A stretch of DNA of 64,000 nt from Candidatus Hydrogenedens sp. (GTDB lineage: Bacteria; Hydrogenedentota; Hydrogenedentia; Hydrogenedentales; Hydrogenedentaceae). The notes below the pieces were generated by a model that saw only the letters and a list, made by a program, of their open reading frames with translations, did no database searches and was not told the DNA's origin. This document shows, piece by piece, positions 1 to 9,104 of the stretch (its first letter is position 1; each line of letters begins with the position of its first letter). The stretch spans positions 1 to 64,000 of the forward strand of contig JBMFRC010000015.1 in NCBI GenBank assembly GCA_049968235.1, read 5' to 3'. A program made the position numbers and the translations under genes.

Positions 1-35
1 ATGCGAAACAAACATTAGAGAGAGAGGTAGAGGAA

Positions 36-743
36 TTGAAAGAGAAATTAAAAAACGCTCCCAAAATGGAAAACATGAGAAGTTTAGAGAAACAATTATC
101 AGCAGCAAACACCGAAAATAAGAAATTAGAACAGAAAATACAAGAATTGATGCAGTTGAGGTCAGTAGTTTCTTTAGATGATATAAATCAGATGCGGGAA
201 ATTATTAAGAAGACATTTGAATCTATTGATAAAATAGAAGAGACCATTCGAACTGGAATATCCGAGCAGGAAAAAGTGATTCATGCTACTTCAACTATAC
301 TAAAACGGAAAAGGAAGCCAAATTTGGGAGAAATACTTCTTGCGGCTGGAATTATAGATGAACATCAGTTAGAAGAAGCATTGAAGATTCAAAAACAAAC
401 ACCGATGAAACACTTAGGTGATATTTTAGTCGAATTAGGTTTTGTTTCAGAATATGCAGTGGCACAATCTTTAGCGTGTCAGTGTGATGTTCCTTTCTCC
501 ATACTTACAGAAAAGGATATATCTTCTGAAGCAATAAATGCAGTTCCTCCACGGATTATGCGACAACATAATTGTATTCCAATGAGGGTTACAGAACGAA
601 CACTTACGGTGGCTCTTACCAATCCGATAGACCTTGTTGCTATAGAAGATTTGGAGCATGCTTCTGGAAAAAGGGTTGAAGTTGTGGTTTCCACTCCCAC
701 CGATATTAAGAATCTATTAGAAAAATTGGTTCCTGTTAGTTAA
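36..743 (+). CDS. GspE-N/MshEN-domain protein (putative c-di-GMP receptor) with an N-terminal coiled coil. The reading frame is open to the window edge, so it may be truncated at the 5' end.
   Basis: Two tandem 24-residue motifs, NLGEILLAAGIIDEHQLEEALKIQ and HLGDILVELGFVSEYAVAQSLACQ, are separated by a 5-residue spacer (KQTPM). This fits the MshEN consensus RLGxxLLxxGLIxxxxLxxxLxxQ, with N in place of R in copy 1. No ATPase domain follows. The frame has no stop back to nt 3. Confidence 0.6.
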   Translation: MKEKLKNAPKMENMRSLEKQLSAANTENKKLEQKIQELMQLRSVVSLDDINQMREIIKKTFESIDKIEETIRTGISEQEKVIHATSTILKRKRKPNLGEILLAAGIIDEHQLEEALKIQKQTPMKHLGDILVELGFVSEYAVAQSLACQCDVPFSILTEKDISSEAINAVPPRIMRQHNCIPMRVTERTLTVALTNPIDLVAIEDLEHASGKRVEVVVSTPTDIKNLLEKLVPVS

Positions 744-1924
744 TTGTTATTTAATATCCATTCTTCGTTAAACCATGCATGACGGATAGTTGAACCTTTT
801 ATACTTTCTTCGCGGCATGAATATGTACAGTGAATTAGTCCATCCCGTGTTTGTATTACGGAAGGATAAGAAAAAGAACCTTTATCCGGTTCTGCTGCTT
901 CTATAGACTTTTTCCATTTCCATGTTTGTCCTTCATCATCGGACAGATAAACACTTAATCTATGTCGTCCATTAATTGTATCATTGCATACCAAAACCCA
1001 TTTCCCATTTTTAAGAGAAATGCATTCGACACTTGACCCTGGGTTAGGTATATCGAGGACAGAAACATCGGACCATGTCATTCCCATATCACGGGAGTAA
1101 GCAGTTCGAACTCGTTTAGGAAGTCCATTGTCTCGCATAAATGCAACGATTGTTCCATCCTTTTTCTTTATGAAACTTGGCTGAATGTTTGAAATATTTT
1201 TTATTTCCTTATCTAAAATAGGATTGCTAAAAAACCAATGTTCTCCCCAATCCTCTGTAAATCCAGCCAGAGAGCAATTAAAAACATCTGAATATAAGCC
1301 CAACATAATTCTGTTATCGGTAACCATGATAGGATGAATACGAGTCATCCATCCTAATCGTTGTTGAAGTTTTGTTTGTGCAGATTTTTTGGCAGATTCT
1401 ATTTCCTCTTTTAATTTGGGTTCAATTGCAGATAAAGCATCAATAGCAGGTTGCCCTCTTTCAATAACTTCTAAAAATTTCTGTTCCAGATTTAAGGGGC
1501 GAGCATGAATAACATCCTGCCATTTCCACTGTGGGGGACCATCTTTCTCATAATCATTAGAAATACGATATTTGAGCAAAGAGCCTCCCCATTGATTATC
1601 CTGCACGGTTATCCAAAATAACCATAGAACTCCTCTGGGGTCAATAAAAAGAACCGGGTTGCAATCTGGAAGGTCTGGAGTATCTGCCATAACAAATGGG
1701 TCACACCATTGATTATTGCCCACTCTTTTGCGTGCTCCCTGAAGCATCACATCATCGCTGGTTCGTTCACCAGAACCGTGAAACCATACCGCTAAAAGAT
1801 TCCCTTCAGGAGTTTCTACAATACTCGACCCGTGATTATGTTTGTCATTGGGTGGAAAAATATTTTCCTTGACAAATACAGGCTGGGATATGACAGAACA
1901 TATAGTAAGAATTAAACAGAACAT
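740..1924 (-). CDS. BNR/Asp-box repeat glycoside hydrolase, sialidase (GH33)-like, secreted.
   Basis: Asp-box motifs SDDEGQTW and SRDMGMTW are present, plus a partial TEDWGEHW. The N-terminus is a hydrophobic signal peptide. Confidence 0.5.
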   Translation of the reverse strand: MFCLILTICSVISQPVFVKENIFPPNDKHNHGSSIVETPEGNLLAVWFHGSGERTSDDVMLQGARKRVGNNQWCDPFVMADTPDLPDCNPVLFIDPRGVLWLFWITVQDNQWGGSLLKYRISNDYEKDGPPQWKWQDVIHARPLNLEQKFLEVIERGQPAIDALSAIEPKLKEEIESAKKSAQTKLQQRLGWMTRIHPIMVTDNRIMLGLYSDVFNCSLAGFTEDWGEHWFFSNPILDKEIKNISNIQPSFIKKKDGTIVAFMRDNGLPKRVRTAYSRDMGMTWSDVSVLDIPNPGSSVECISLKNGKWVLVCNDTINGRHRLSVYLSDDEGQTWKWKKSIEAAEPDKGSFSYPSVIQTRDGLIHCTYSCREESIKGSTIRHAWFNEEWILNNN

Positions 1925-1944
1925 AACAGAACCTTTTTGTTACA

Positions 1945-2907
1945 TTAGATTTTAATGAATATAGATTTTATTTCAAGTATTTTAGCAACAGTATAGCATA
2001 TGAAAAGTATAACAAAAGCAGAAACAAAATGGGATAAATATATATTTTGTATTTTGTCTAATAAAAATACCGTTAATAAAAATATCAAGATAGCCTGTAA
2101 AAAATAAAGAACAAGTGGATTTTTTCCCATAGTTGTTAGAATATTTACAGTTAATTTAAGTTTCTCATTTATTATGTAGAAGATGGATAAAACGATAATG
2201 CATAAACCGGATGAAAAAATGGAATAGGAGGCACTCATTCCTTTTTGTGTAAAAGGTAGCCCCGATAATAATAGAGGTGTAGTTAAAATATAACCCAAAC
2301 CTGTTAGGAGTAATCCTATAGATAACCAATGAAATAATGTAGATGTCGTTATTTTATTTTTATCCTTTTCAAAAAGAACAGCGCAGAAAGCACCGGAGGC
2401 TAATATAAATGCCCAACTTAAGGGACCCAATGGTCCACCATCAATTGAATGAGACATAAGCCAATTTCCGTAAGGTGTGAGAGAGAATAACGCTTGATAA
2501 AGCAAAAGGTAGATAAATCCGAAAAGAAGAATAAAAAATTTATTCTTACCTATGAAGGGATATAACAATAATCCGGCAATACCTATATCTGTAAGAGCGT
2601 CCCATACGGATACATAGAAATCAAAAAAACCATATGAAAAACCTAAAAAAGTTAATATGATATATCTTTTAAGGAATTTTTTTCGCACCATTGATATAGG
2701 AGTATTTTCTATAGATTTCATAAAGGAAAGGCGATAAGAAAAACCTACAATAAAGATGAATGCGGGGGCAACGAAATCAGCAAAGGTAAATCCATAATTA
2801 TGATGCACAAGCCAATAAGGGGAATTGTTAAATTCACAAAATACATTAACAAGAATCATCCCCAATATAGCAAAACCTCTAAATTGGTCAATAAATTTCC
2901 ATCGCAT
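1945..2907 (-). CDS. DUF1624/HGSNAT-like integral membrane acyltransferase family protein.
   Basis: The N-terminus RWKFIDQFRGFAILGMILVN matches the RxxSxDxxRG signature of heparan-alpha-glucosaminide N-acetyltransferase-like proteins. About 9 hydrophobic segments are predicted. Confidence 0.45.
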   Translation of the reverse strand: MRWKFIDQFRGFAILGMILVNVFCEFNNSPYWLVHHNYGFTFADFVAPAFIFIVGFSYRLSFMKSIENTPISMVRKKFLKRYIILTFLGFSYGFFDFYVSVWDALTDIGIAGLLLYPFIGKNKFFILLFGFIYLLLYQALFSLTPYGNWLMSHSIDGGPLGPLSWAFILASGAFCAVLFEKDKNKITTSTLFHWLSIGLLLTGLGYILTTPLLLSGLPFTQKGMSASYSIFSSGLCIIVLSIFYIINEKLKLTVNILTTMGKNPLVLYFLQAILIFLLTVFLLDKIQNIYLSHFVSAFVILFICYTVAKILEIKSIFIKI

Positions 2908-3064
2908 TGAAAACTACTTTTTAATAGATAGGTTTGAATGGGTAAAGTCAGATAGTCGATGACAAATGAAATAGTGTGTATAATATATCAGAAAAAAAAG
3001 ATAATATCAAAGTCTATATTTATGGATTATTTTTCGTTTTAAGAGGAAGAATAGGAGAAAAAAT

Positions 3065-3451
3065 ATGTCTAAAAAATGTATAATAGTAAAAGATGCTCCA
3101 CCTGCTGTAGGTCCTTATTCACACGCTGTAAAAGCAGGACAATTTTTATTTGTTTCAGGGCAGGGTCCTTTTAATAGGGACGGTTCAGGGGTTGTAAAAG
3201 GAAACTTTTCGGAACAGGTAGAATATACAATGGAGAATTTGAAAATTATACTCAATGGATGTGGATGTAATTTTTCGGATATAGTCAAGATTACAGTATT
3301 TCTAACAGATATGAGTTTATTTTCAGAGTTTAATCAGGTTTATAGTAAATTTTTTGAGAAGGATTACCCTGCTCGCAGTTGTGTGCAGGTATCTCAATTG
3401 CCAGCAGGAATTCCTGTAGAAATTGAAGCCATTGCAATATGTAGAGAATGA
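3065..3451 (+). CDS. ridA: RidA/YjgF family reactive-intermediate deaminase.
   Basis: The RidA-type N-terminal segment APPAVGPYSHAVKAGQFLFVSGQ is present in a 128-aa protein. The gene overlaps the next gene by ATGA. Confidence 0.85.
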   Translation: MSKKCIIVKDAPPAVGPYSHAVKAGQFLFVSGQGPFNRDGSGVVKGNFSEQVEYTMENLKIILNGCGCNFSDIVKITVFLTDMSLFSEFNQVYSKFFEKDYPARSCVQVSQLPAGIPVEIEAIAICRE

Positions 3452-4722
3452 AAGAATTTATGATTAAGAATGGTTATTATTTAATAACTATCATCTATCT
3501 ATTTTTATTAGTGTCTTTTAATACTTTTGCATCTGAATCGATGGAGTTAAACAATCAGGGCGTGGAGGCATATAATCTCAAGGATTATGAGAAAGCGATT
3601 ATTTTGCTATCGCAAGCCATGGCATTAAATCCGGAGAGTGAAGTCATACGAAATAATTTATGTAATGCATTACAAGCACTGGCAGATGAAGAAAGCAAAA
3701 AAAATAATTTTAAGAAAGCAGTAGATTTAGTAGATAAAGCAATTAAAATAAACTCAAATAATTTTTTTGCACATCTTCAAAAGGGGGCTTTTTTATTGAA
3801 TATGGGTCAACTTGTGGATGCCATACGACATTTAGAAATGGCGGTGAAATTAAAACCCGGTTATCTTGATGCTCATGAATTATTAGGGGAGGCTTATTAT
3901 CGGGATAATGATATTTTATCTGCGAGGACGCAATGGGAGTATGTTTTACAGATGGACCCCAATCGAAAGCAATTGAAAGAGCGATATGATAAGGCTTGCC
4001 GTGAAGAAGTTGTGGAAAGTTCTTTCAACAAGACGGTTTCACAATCTCGCCATTTTAATCTGACATATCCTAAAGAAGTGACCTATCAAATTCGTTCATA
4101 TGTTCTTTCGGTATTAGAGCGGGCTTATCTCGAAATAGGAAGAAAATTAGGAGGTGTTTTCCCCTCAGGTCCTATTCAGGTTATTCTTTACGATACTCAA
4201 CAATTTAGATCTGTTGTTCAGATGGGGCAAACTGTAGGGGGTGTTTATGATGGCAAGATACGAATTCCTGTTATGAATGAAGAGGGTGAAGGCTTGTCAG
4301 ATGAAGAAATAAAACGGAGAATATATCACGAATATGTGCATGTGGTCGTTTTTGAGTTACTTAAAGATAAAGTGCCGTGGTGGGTAAATGAAGGGTTAGC
4401 AGAAACTTTCTCAAAAGAATTTTCAAATCGTGAAAAAATGATGTTAGAACAATTTATTAATAATAAGGGACTAATACCTTATAATAATCTTGAAAAAATA
4501 TCAATAAAAGACATGTTTGCGTCGGAGACGAAGATGTCTCAGGCGTATGTACAGTCTCATGCAACCATAAATATGTTATGGAGTAAATATGGACAGGGAC
4601 GATTTCTTAACTTTGTTCAAGCACTTAAACGCAGTGAACATGTGGAAGATGCGTTGCGAAATGTTTATCACCTGGATTATACAAGTTTGTCAAAGGGAGT
4701 TATACAATTTATCCAGAGATAA
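3448..4722 (+). CDS. Secreted TPR-repeat protein with a C-terminal MA-clan (gluzincin, M1-like / Peptidase_MA_2) zinc metallopeptidase motif.
   Basis: A signal peptide and TPR-like repeats are followed by HEYVH(x17)NEGLAE, which matches HExxH...NEGxA of M1-type gluzincins. Confidence 0.55.
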   Translation: MKEFMIKNGYYLITIIYLFLLVSFNTFASESMELNNQGVEAYNLKDYEKAIILLSQAMALNPESEVIRNNLCNALQALADEESKKNNFKKAVDLVDKAIKINSNNFFAHLQKGAFLLNMGQLVDAIRHLEMAVKLKPGYLDAHELLGEAYYRDNDILSARTQWEYVLQMDPNRKQLKERYDKACREEVVESSFNKTVSQSRHFNLTYPKEVTYQIRSYVLSVLERAYLEIGRKLGGVFPSGPIQVILYDTQQFRSVVQMGQTVGGVYDGKIRIPVMNEEGEGLSDEEIKRRIYHEYVHVVVFELLKDKVPWWVNEGLAETFSKEFSNREKMMLEQFINNKGLIPYNNLEKISIKDMFASETKMSQAYVQSHATINMLWSKYGQGRFLNFVQALKRSEHVEDALRNVYHLDYTSLSKGVIQFIQR

Positions 4723-4744
4723 TTTCATAAGTCAAAAAATAGGG

Positions 4745-6769
4745 TTGTATTTTTTCCTCTACTCTTTTATAGGGGTGTCCATTATAGCCTATTCCGATAA
4801 TTGTTCTGTAAAAGGTAGGGTAGTGGATAATAATAATCTTCCTGTAAAAAATGCAGAGGTTTATTGTGAACAAAATCTGATGAGTCCCTTAGTTCAGACT
4901 ATTACAGATAACGAGGGACAATTTAGTTTTTCGGGTCTAATGGAAGGTCCGACCGGTATTTTTGCTACTACGGAAGGTATGGCATGGTCAGGAATTCATA
5001 TCAATTTGCCCGCAGAAGAAAATATAACAGGTCTGGAAATTATTCTTATCCCGGCAAAATCTGTAAAAGGTAAAGTTGTTGTATTAAATGAAAAAGGAAA
5101 AGAAGAAAGTATTTCTGGGGCAGAAATAGACCGTTTTGCAATATTAGGTGTAGAGAAAGTTGCTATACCTTGTTCCAAACTTATTCCGTTTGGATATAAA
5201 AGAGTGATTTCAGATACAGAGGGAGTTTTTTTATTGGATAAAGTGCCAGTGGGCCATACAATATCTTTAAAAGTGGTTCATCCGGAATATGCAGTTACAA
5301 CAGTGGAAAATATTTCTTATGAAGCAGATGCAAAAATAACAATGTCGAAAGGTTGTGTCGTATTGGGTTCTGTATACACTATCCAGAACGATAATAAAGT
5401 AAAAGTTGCTAATTCAGATGTTACTATAAAAAATACCCAAGCCCCATACGAAAGCATATGTGTGAGAACCAATACAGAGGGAGAATTTACAATTCGGCTG
5501 AATCCGGGAGTTTACATGTGTAAAGCAGAAACAAATCAACTGTTAAGTGCGGGATGGGAAATTAAAAAGATTGCAAATTCAATCGGCGAGCATATTCAGG
5601 TGCAGGTATTTCCATCTGTTTATATTTCGGGGCAAATATTAGATGCTATTTCAGGTAAACCAGTTCCAGGGGCTAAAGTCTCTATTGAACAGGGTGGAAA
5701 AAAAGCATTATCTCTTACTACAGGAAGAACGGGGAAATTTCGGGGTAAGGTTGTTCATGGACAGGCTTATATAAAGTTTGAGGCTATTCCAGGCTATACA
5801 ATACCACAACCTTCACAATTAAGAGTTGTGGTAAGTGGAAAAGATGAAATTGTATTGCCCGGTGTATGGGTGAAAAAAGTGGATTCGTTGAAAGTTAAAC
5901 TTGTAGTCCTTCAACAAAAGGTATTAACAACAAATAGAGGAATTGTTTCTGTATTAAACCCTCAGCAATTAGGCTGGTATGCAGGGAATATTGATAATAC
6001 CTTTGAACTAAAACTATCATCAACTCCTGCGGAAGGGAAAATTGTTGGATATGCAGAGATTCCCGAAGAAAATATAGGCAATGTTTTTACGTTGGATAGT
6101 AAAGATATGGGAAAAGTCTGTGAAACAAATCTTTATACATTAGGTACAATAAAAGGTAGAGTCGTGAACAAAGAAAGAACCCCTATTTCTGATGGGATTA
6201 TTTCATGTGTATTGAAAGAAGTGGGAACAAGTCAGGAATATTTATTATGGCAGATACTTCTATCAGCAGATGGAACTTTTTATTGGAATTCTATTATTCC
6301 ATTCAAAACTCTTCTTTTTAAATTGTATGATAATAATGGTTCCTTATTATGGCAATCTTCTGAAATGCAATTTTTAGAAGGAGAGAATAAAGATATAGGT
6401 GATATTATAATAGAAAAGTCTGTGACTAGGAAAAATGTGAGTTCATTACTTCGTTCTAATTATAAAAATTTATGTGGAGGAAGTGAAATCGTAGATATGT
6501 TATTTAAAGGACCCTCTGTTCTTGTTTATGTTGATAGTGCAGAGGTTCTTTTTATGCAAGAAGTATTGGCGAATATAAGAAATATTTTCGGTAGTGGTAT
6601 AAATGTTGGGATGATACTTACCAATGAAATTGATTGTAATGATATAAGTATTCCAGTAATAACAGGGCAACGACCTTCATTAGCCACAACATATTTAATA
6701 GGTGAAGATGGTAATTTGATATGTGAAACTTTTGGTTTACCTTTAATGATACGGATGATAAAAAAGTAA
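4745..6769 (+). CDS. Secreted protein with multiple carboxypeptidase-regulatory-like (CarbopepD_reg) beta-sandwich domains and a C-terminal cysteine-less TlpA/redoxin-like fold.
   Basis: Repeated GRVVD.../GQILDA.../KGRVV modules are present. In the C-terminal segment, VLVYVDSAEVLFMQE sits where TlpA-like proteins have FWATWCPPC. The tracked ORF starts at 4589 and overlaps the upstream gene. The true start is probably TTG 4745 or GTG 4775, just before a hydrophobic stretch, but this is uncertain. Confidence 0.5.
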   Translation: MYFFLYSFIGVSIIAYSDNCSVKGRVVDNNNLPVKNAEVYCEQNLMSPLVQTITDNEGQFSFSGLMEGPTGIFATTEGMAWSGIHINLPAEENITGLEIILIPAKSVKGKVVVLNEKGKEESISGAEIDRFAILGVEKVAIPCSKLIPFGYKRVISDTEGVFLLDKVPVGHTISLKVVHPEYAVTTVENISYEADAKITMSKGCVVLGSVYTIQNDNKVKVANSDVTIKNTQAPYESICVRTNTEGEFTIRLNPGVYMCKAETNQLLSAGWEIKKIANSIGEHIQVQVFPSVYISGQILDAISGKPVPGAKVSIEQGGKKALSLTTGRTGKFRGKVVHGQAYIKFEAIPGYTIPQPSQLRVVVSGKDEIVLPGVWVKKVDSLKVKLVVLQQKVLTTNRGIVSVLNPQQLGWYAGNIDNTFELKLSSTPAEGKIVGYAEIPEENIGNVFTLDSKDMGKVCETNLYTLGTIKGRVVNKERTPISDGIISCVLKEVGTSQEYLLWQILLSADGTFYWNSIIPFKTLLFKLYDNNGSLLWQSSEMQFLEGENKDIGDIIIEKSVTRKNVSSLLRSNYKNLCGGSEIVDMLFKGPSVLVYVDSAEVLFMQEVLANIRNIFGSGINVGMILTNEIDCNDISIPVITGQRPSLATTYLIGEDGNLICETFGLPLMIRMIKK

Positions 6770-6797
6770 ACATTATGTATAAAATGGACTTACCTTT

Positions 6798-8663
6798 ATG
6801 AAAAAATGGATTTGTCTGTTTTTGTTTTTAACAGAAAGTTGTCTACTAAGTAATGTTGTATCTGCTTATGATATAAAAGGGATAGTATATCAGCCCAATG
6901 GGAAACCCGCTTCTGATGTAGATATATGGCTGGTTCATGCTATTCAAGGAACAGCAACAAAGAAGTCGGATAGAGAAGGAAACTTCATTTTTTCAAATTA
7001 TAATTTTGGAGAAGTAACTATTGTCGCGAGAGATAATAAACAACGGATAGGAGGAAGTTCTTTTGTTCTTATGCAGGATGAAAGAGAGATAAACATTTCA
7101 CTTATCGAGGGTGTAAAACAGAAATTGAAGGTTTATAATCACAATTTAAGTCCTATTTCAGGTGCTTATATTCGACGATTTTGGATAGGGGATAAATTTT
7201 GTATCCCTGCAGAAGAGTTGGCTGAGCAAGGGTATGGTTGGTTGCGGAGCAATGATGAAGGAGAAATTATTTTACCCTGTATGCCTATGAATGGGTTTAT
7301 CAAGATAGTTGTATCTCATGTGGATTATGCAGATGCCTATTTGCCATTTATTCCGGTGAATGAAAATAAAACTATGGATATAATTCTACAAAAAGGAACT
7401 TTAATACGGGGAAGAGTAGTTAAAGATGATAAAGGAATAAAAGACGCTTTGGTTATCCCTTTACAGAAAGGGGCTAATAACTTGCGTTTTATACTCCCTG
7501 TTAAAACTGATAAAGAAGGTTTATATCGCTGTCATCTTGATAGAGGAGAATATCGAATTTTTGCAACACATCCAGACTACCCCAATACAATTCCAAAAGA
7601 AATCTCTATTACAAATATTACGGAAGAAGAAATTGTGATTGACTTTACTTTTCAAAATCCGCTGTATTTACAGGGTAAAGTTTTACTATATGATGGAACT
7701 CCCTGCAAATTAGCGAAAATAACAACAATTGAGGAAAAGGGTGTAGAGGATTTTGTATTTACGAATGAAAAAGGGGAATATGTATTAAAATCAAATTCTG
7801 AAAAGTTAAAAGTAAAGATTCTACCTCCACCAGGCTATATTACAGAAGAATTGCCAGAGATTCCTGTTGATTTTAAGGGTGAAAAAAGAATCACAATGCC
7901 TCTGATTCGTGTGAAAAAATTGCCCGAGATTCAAGGGAAAATAATGTTTAATGATGGAAAAGAAGGTGACCGCGTTTTTATTTATAGCACAAATTTAGAG
8001 TTACCGTTTTATGCAATTACGGATAATGATGGAAAGTTCCAAATTTTGTTGGGTATAACTCCTGATGTAAACCCGGTTCATTTTGTGGCAGAGCATGCTT
8101 TGAGATTTGTTAAAAGTGAGTTTGTTGTGGATATGTATAAAGAAAATAAACCTTTAGATATTGTTCTAAACCCTTACGAACCTAATCAAGATAAATTTGT
8201 GAATAAAGAGCGTGAAAATCGTTTATTAACTTTAATAGATAAACCTGCACCGGATATAAAATGCCGTACATGGTTTAATTTTAAGGGTAACCAAAATCCT
8301 TTGCGTGATATGGAAGGGAAGGTCATTTTATTACTATTTTGGGGTGGATTTGACAGAACGCCATTGGGACGGAAACATATTGAAGAGATGCGTGCCTTAT
8401 TTGATTTATATAAAGGTATTTCTGATGTCCAGTTATTATCTATTCATGATGGCACTTTTGATGATGATGAAATACAAAATTATATAAAAGAATATGGGAT
8501 AGAATTTCCTGTAGGTGTAGATACGGATGATGCCAATACCTTTATCCAATATACAATAGACTTTATCCCCCAGTTTATACTTATTGATAAAAAAGGAATT
8601 ATCCGTTATTCCGATGTAGAAGGACGTGCTGTAGAACTTATTAAAGTATTAAGAAGATTATAA
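6798..8663 (+). CDS. Paralogous secreted CarbopepD_reg-domain protein with a C-terminal cysteine-less TlpA-like thioredoxin fold.
   Basis: The protein has a signal peptide (MKKWICLFLFLTESCLLSNVVSAYD). The C-terminus GKVILLLFWGGFDRTPLGRKHIEEM...EFPVGVDTD...FIPQFILIDKKGIIRY aligns with TlpA/ResA, but the CxxC is replaced by DRTP. Confidence 0.55.
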   Translation: MKKWICLFLFLTESCLLSNVVSAYDIKGIVYQPNGKPASDVDIWLVHAIQGTATKKSDREGNFIFSNYNFGEVTIVARDNKQRIGGSSFVLMQDEREINISLIEGVKQKLKVYNHNLSPISGAYIRRFWIGDKFCIPAEELAEQGYGWLRSNDEGEIILPCMPMNGFIKIVVSHVDYADAYLPFIPVNENKTMDIILQKGTLIRGRVVKDDKGIKDALVIPLQKGANNLRFILPVKTDKEGLYRCHLDRGEYRIFATHPDYPNTIPKEISITNITEEEIVIDFTFQNPLYLQGKVLLYDGTPCKLAKITTIEEKGVEDFVFTNEKGEYVLKSNSEKLKVKILPPPGYITEELPEIPVDFKGEKRITMPLIRVKKLPEIQGKIMFNDGKEGDRVFIYSTNLELPFYAITDNDGKFQILLGITPDVNPVHFVAEHALRFVKSEFVVDMYKENKPLDIVLNPYEPNQDKFVNKERENRLLTLIDKPAPDIKCRTWFNFKGNQNPLRDMEGKVILLLFWGGFDRTPLGRKHIEEMRALFDLYKGISDVQLLSIHDGTFDDDEIQNYIKEYGIEFPVGVDTDDANTFIQYTIDFIPQFILIDKKGIIRYSDVEGRAVELIKVLRRL

Positions 8664-8675
8664 TTTAGAGAGATT

Positions 8676-8942
8676 TTATAAGATGGCTTTATTTACGCGT
8701 TTCATTAATCGAGATTTTCTGCGGGCTGCCGAATTTTTATGAATGACCCCTTTGGAACATGCACGGTCTATTATTTGAATGGCTTTTTTAATTGCCATTT
8801 CTCTAAGGTTTTTATCATCGGCATTCAAACTTTGGTATGCCTTTTTAATCATGGTTTTCATGGCAGAACGAATAGAAGCATTTTTCATTCTTCTTTTTTC
8901 GTTTGTGATAATGCGTTTCTTTTGAGATTTAATGTTTGCCAT
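8676..8942 (-). CDS. rpsT: 30S ribosomal protein S20.
   Basis: MANIKSQKKRIITNEKRRMKNASIRSAMKTMIKK is a typical S20 N-terminus in an 88-aa basic protein. Confidence 0.9.
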   Translation of the reverse strand: MANIKSQKKRIITNEKRRMKNASIRSAMKTMIKKAYQSLNADDKNLREMAIKKAIQIIDRACSKGVIHKNSAARRKSRLMKRVNKAIL

Positions 8943-9104
8943 CGGTAAAAATAAAACTCCTTTTCGCTGTTATATTTCTTACATTTTGAGTAAATATTAT
9001 AACAAAAAAAGAAAATTTATTTCAAAGAACGAAGACAATTGTAAATGTGATATTATTAGTCAAAATTAGATATTTGAACTTTTGACCAATACTAAAGAAA
9101 TTTT

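Noticed and set aside
4589-4744. The 5' extension of the tracked 726-aa ORF overlaps the TPR-peptidase gene by 134 nt.
   Set aside because: The overlap is in a different frame from a strongly supported upstream gene, and there is no ATG in that stretch. The start is more plausibly TTG 4745 or GTG 4775, just before the hydrophobic leader. I treated this as an ORF-caller artefact.
8739-8948. A 69-aa ORF lies antisense to rpsT. Many other 60-110-aa ORFs sit inside or antisense to large genes (for example 4996..5178, 8305..8487, 11065..11385, 13223..13656, 21639..21836, 26587..26933, 27633..28139, 39108..39561, 40096..40363, 49384..49674 and 62924..63460).
   Set aside because: Each is fully embedded in a longer ORF with clear family-level homology. 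Their amino-acid composition is low-complexity, as expected from AT-rich antisense frames.
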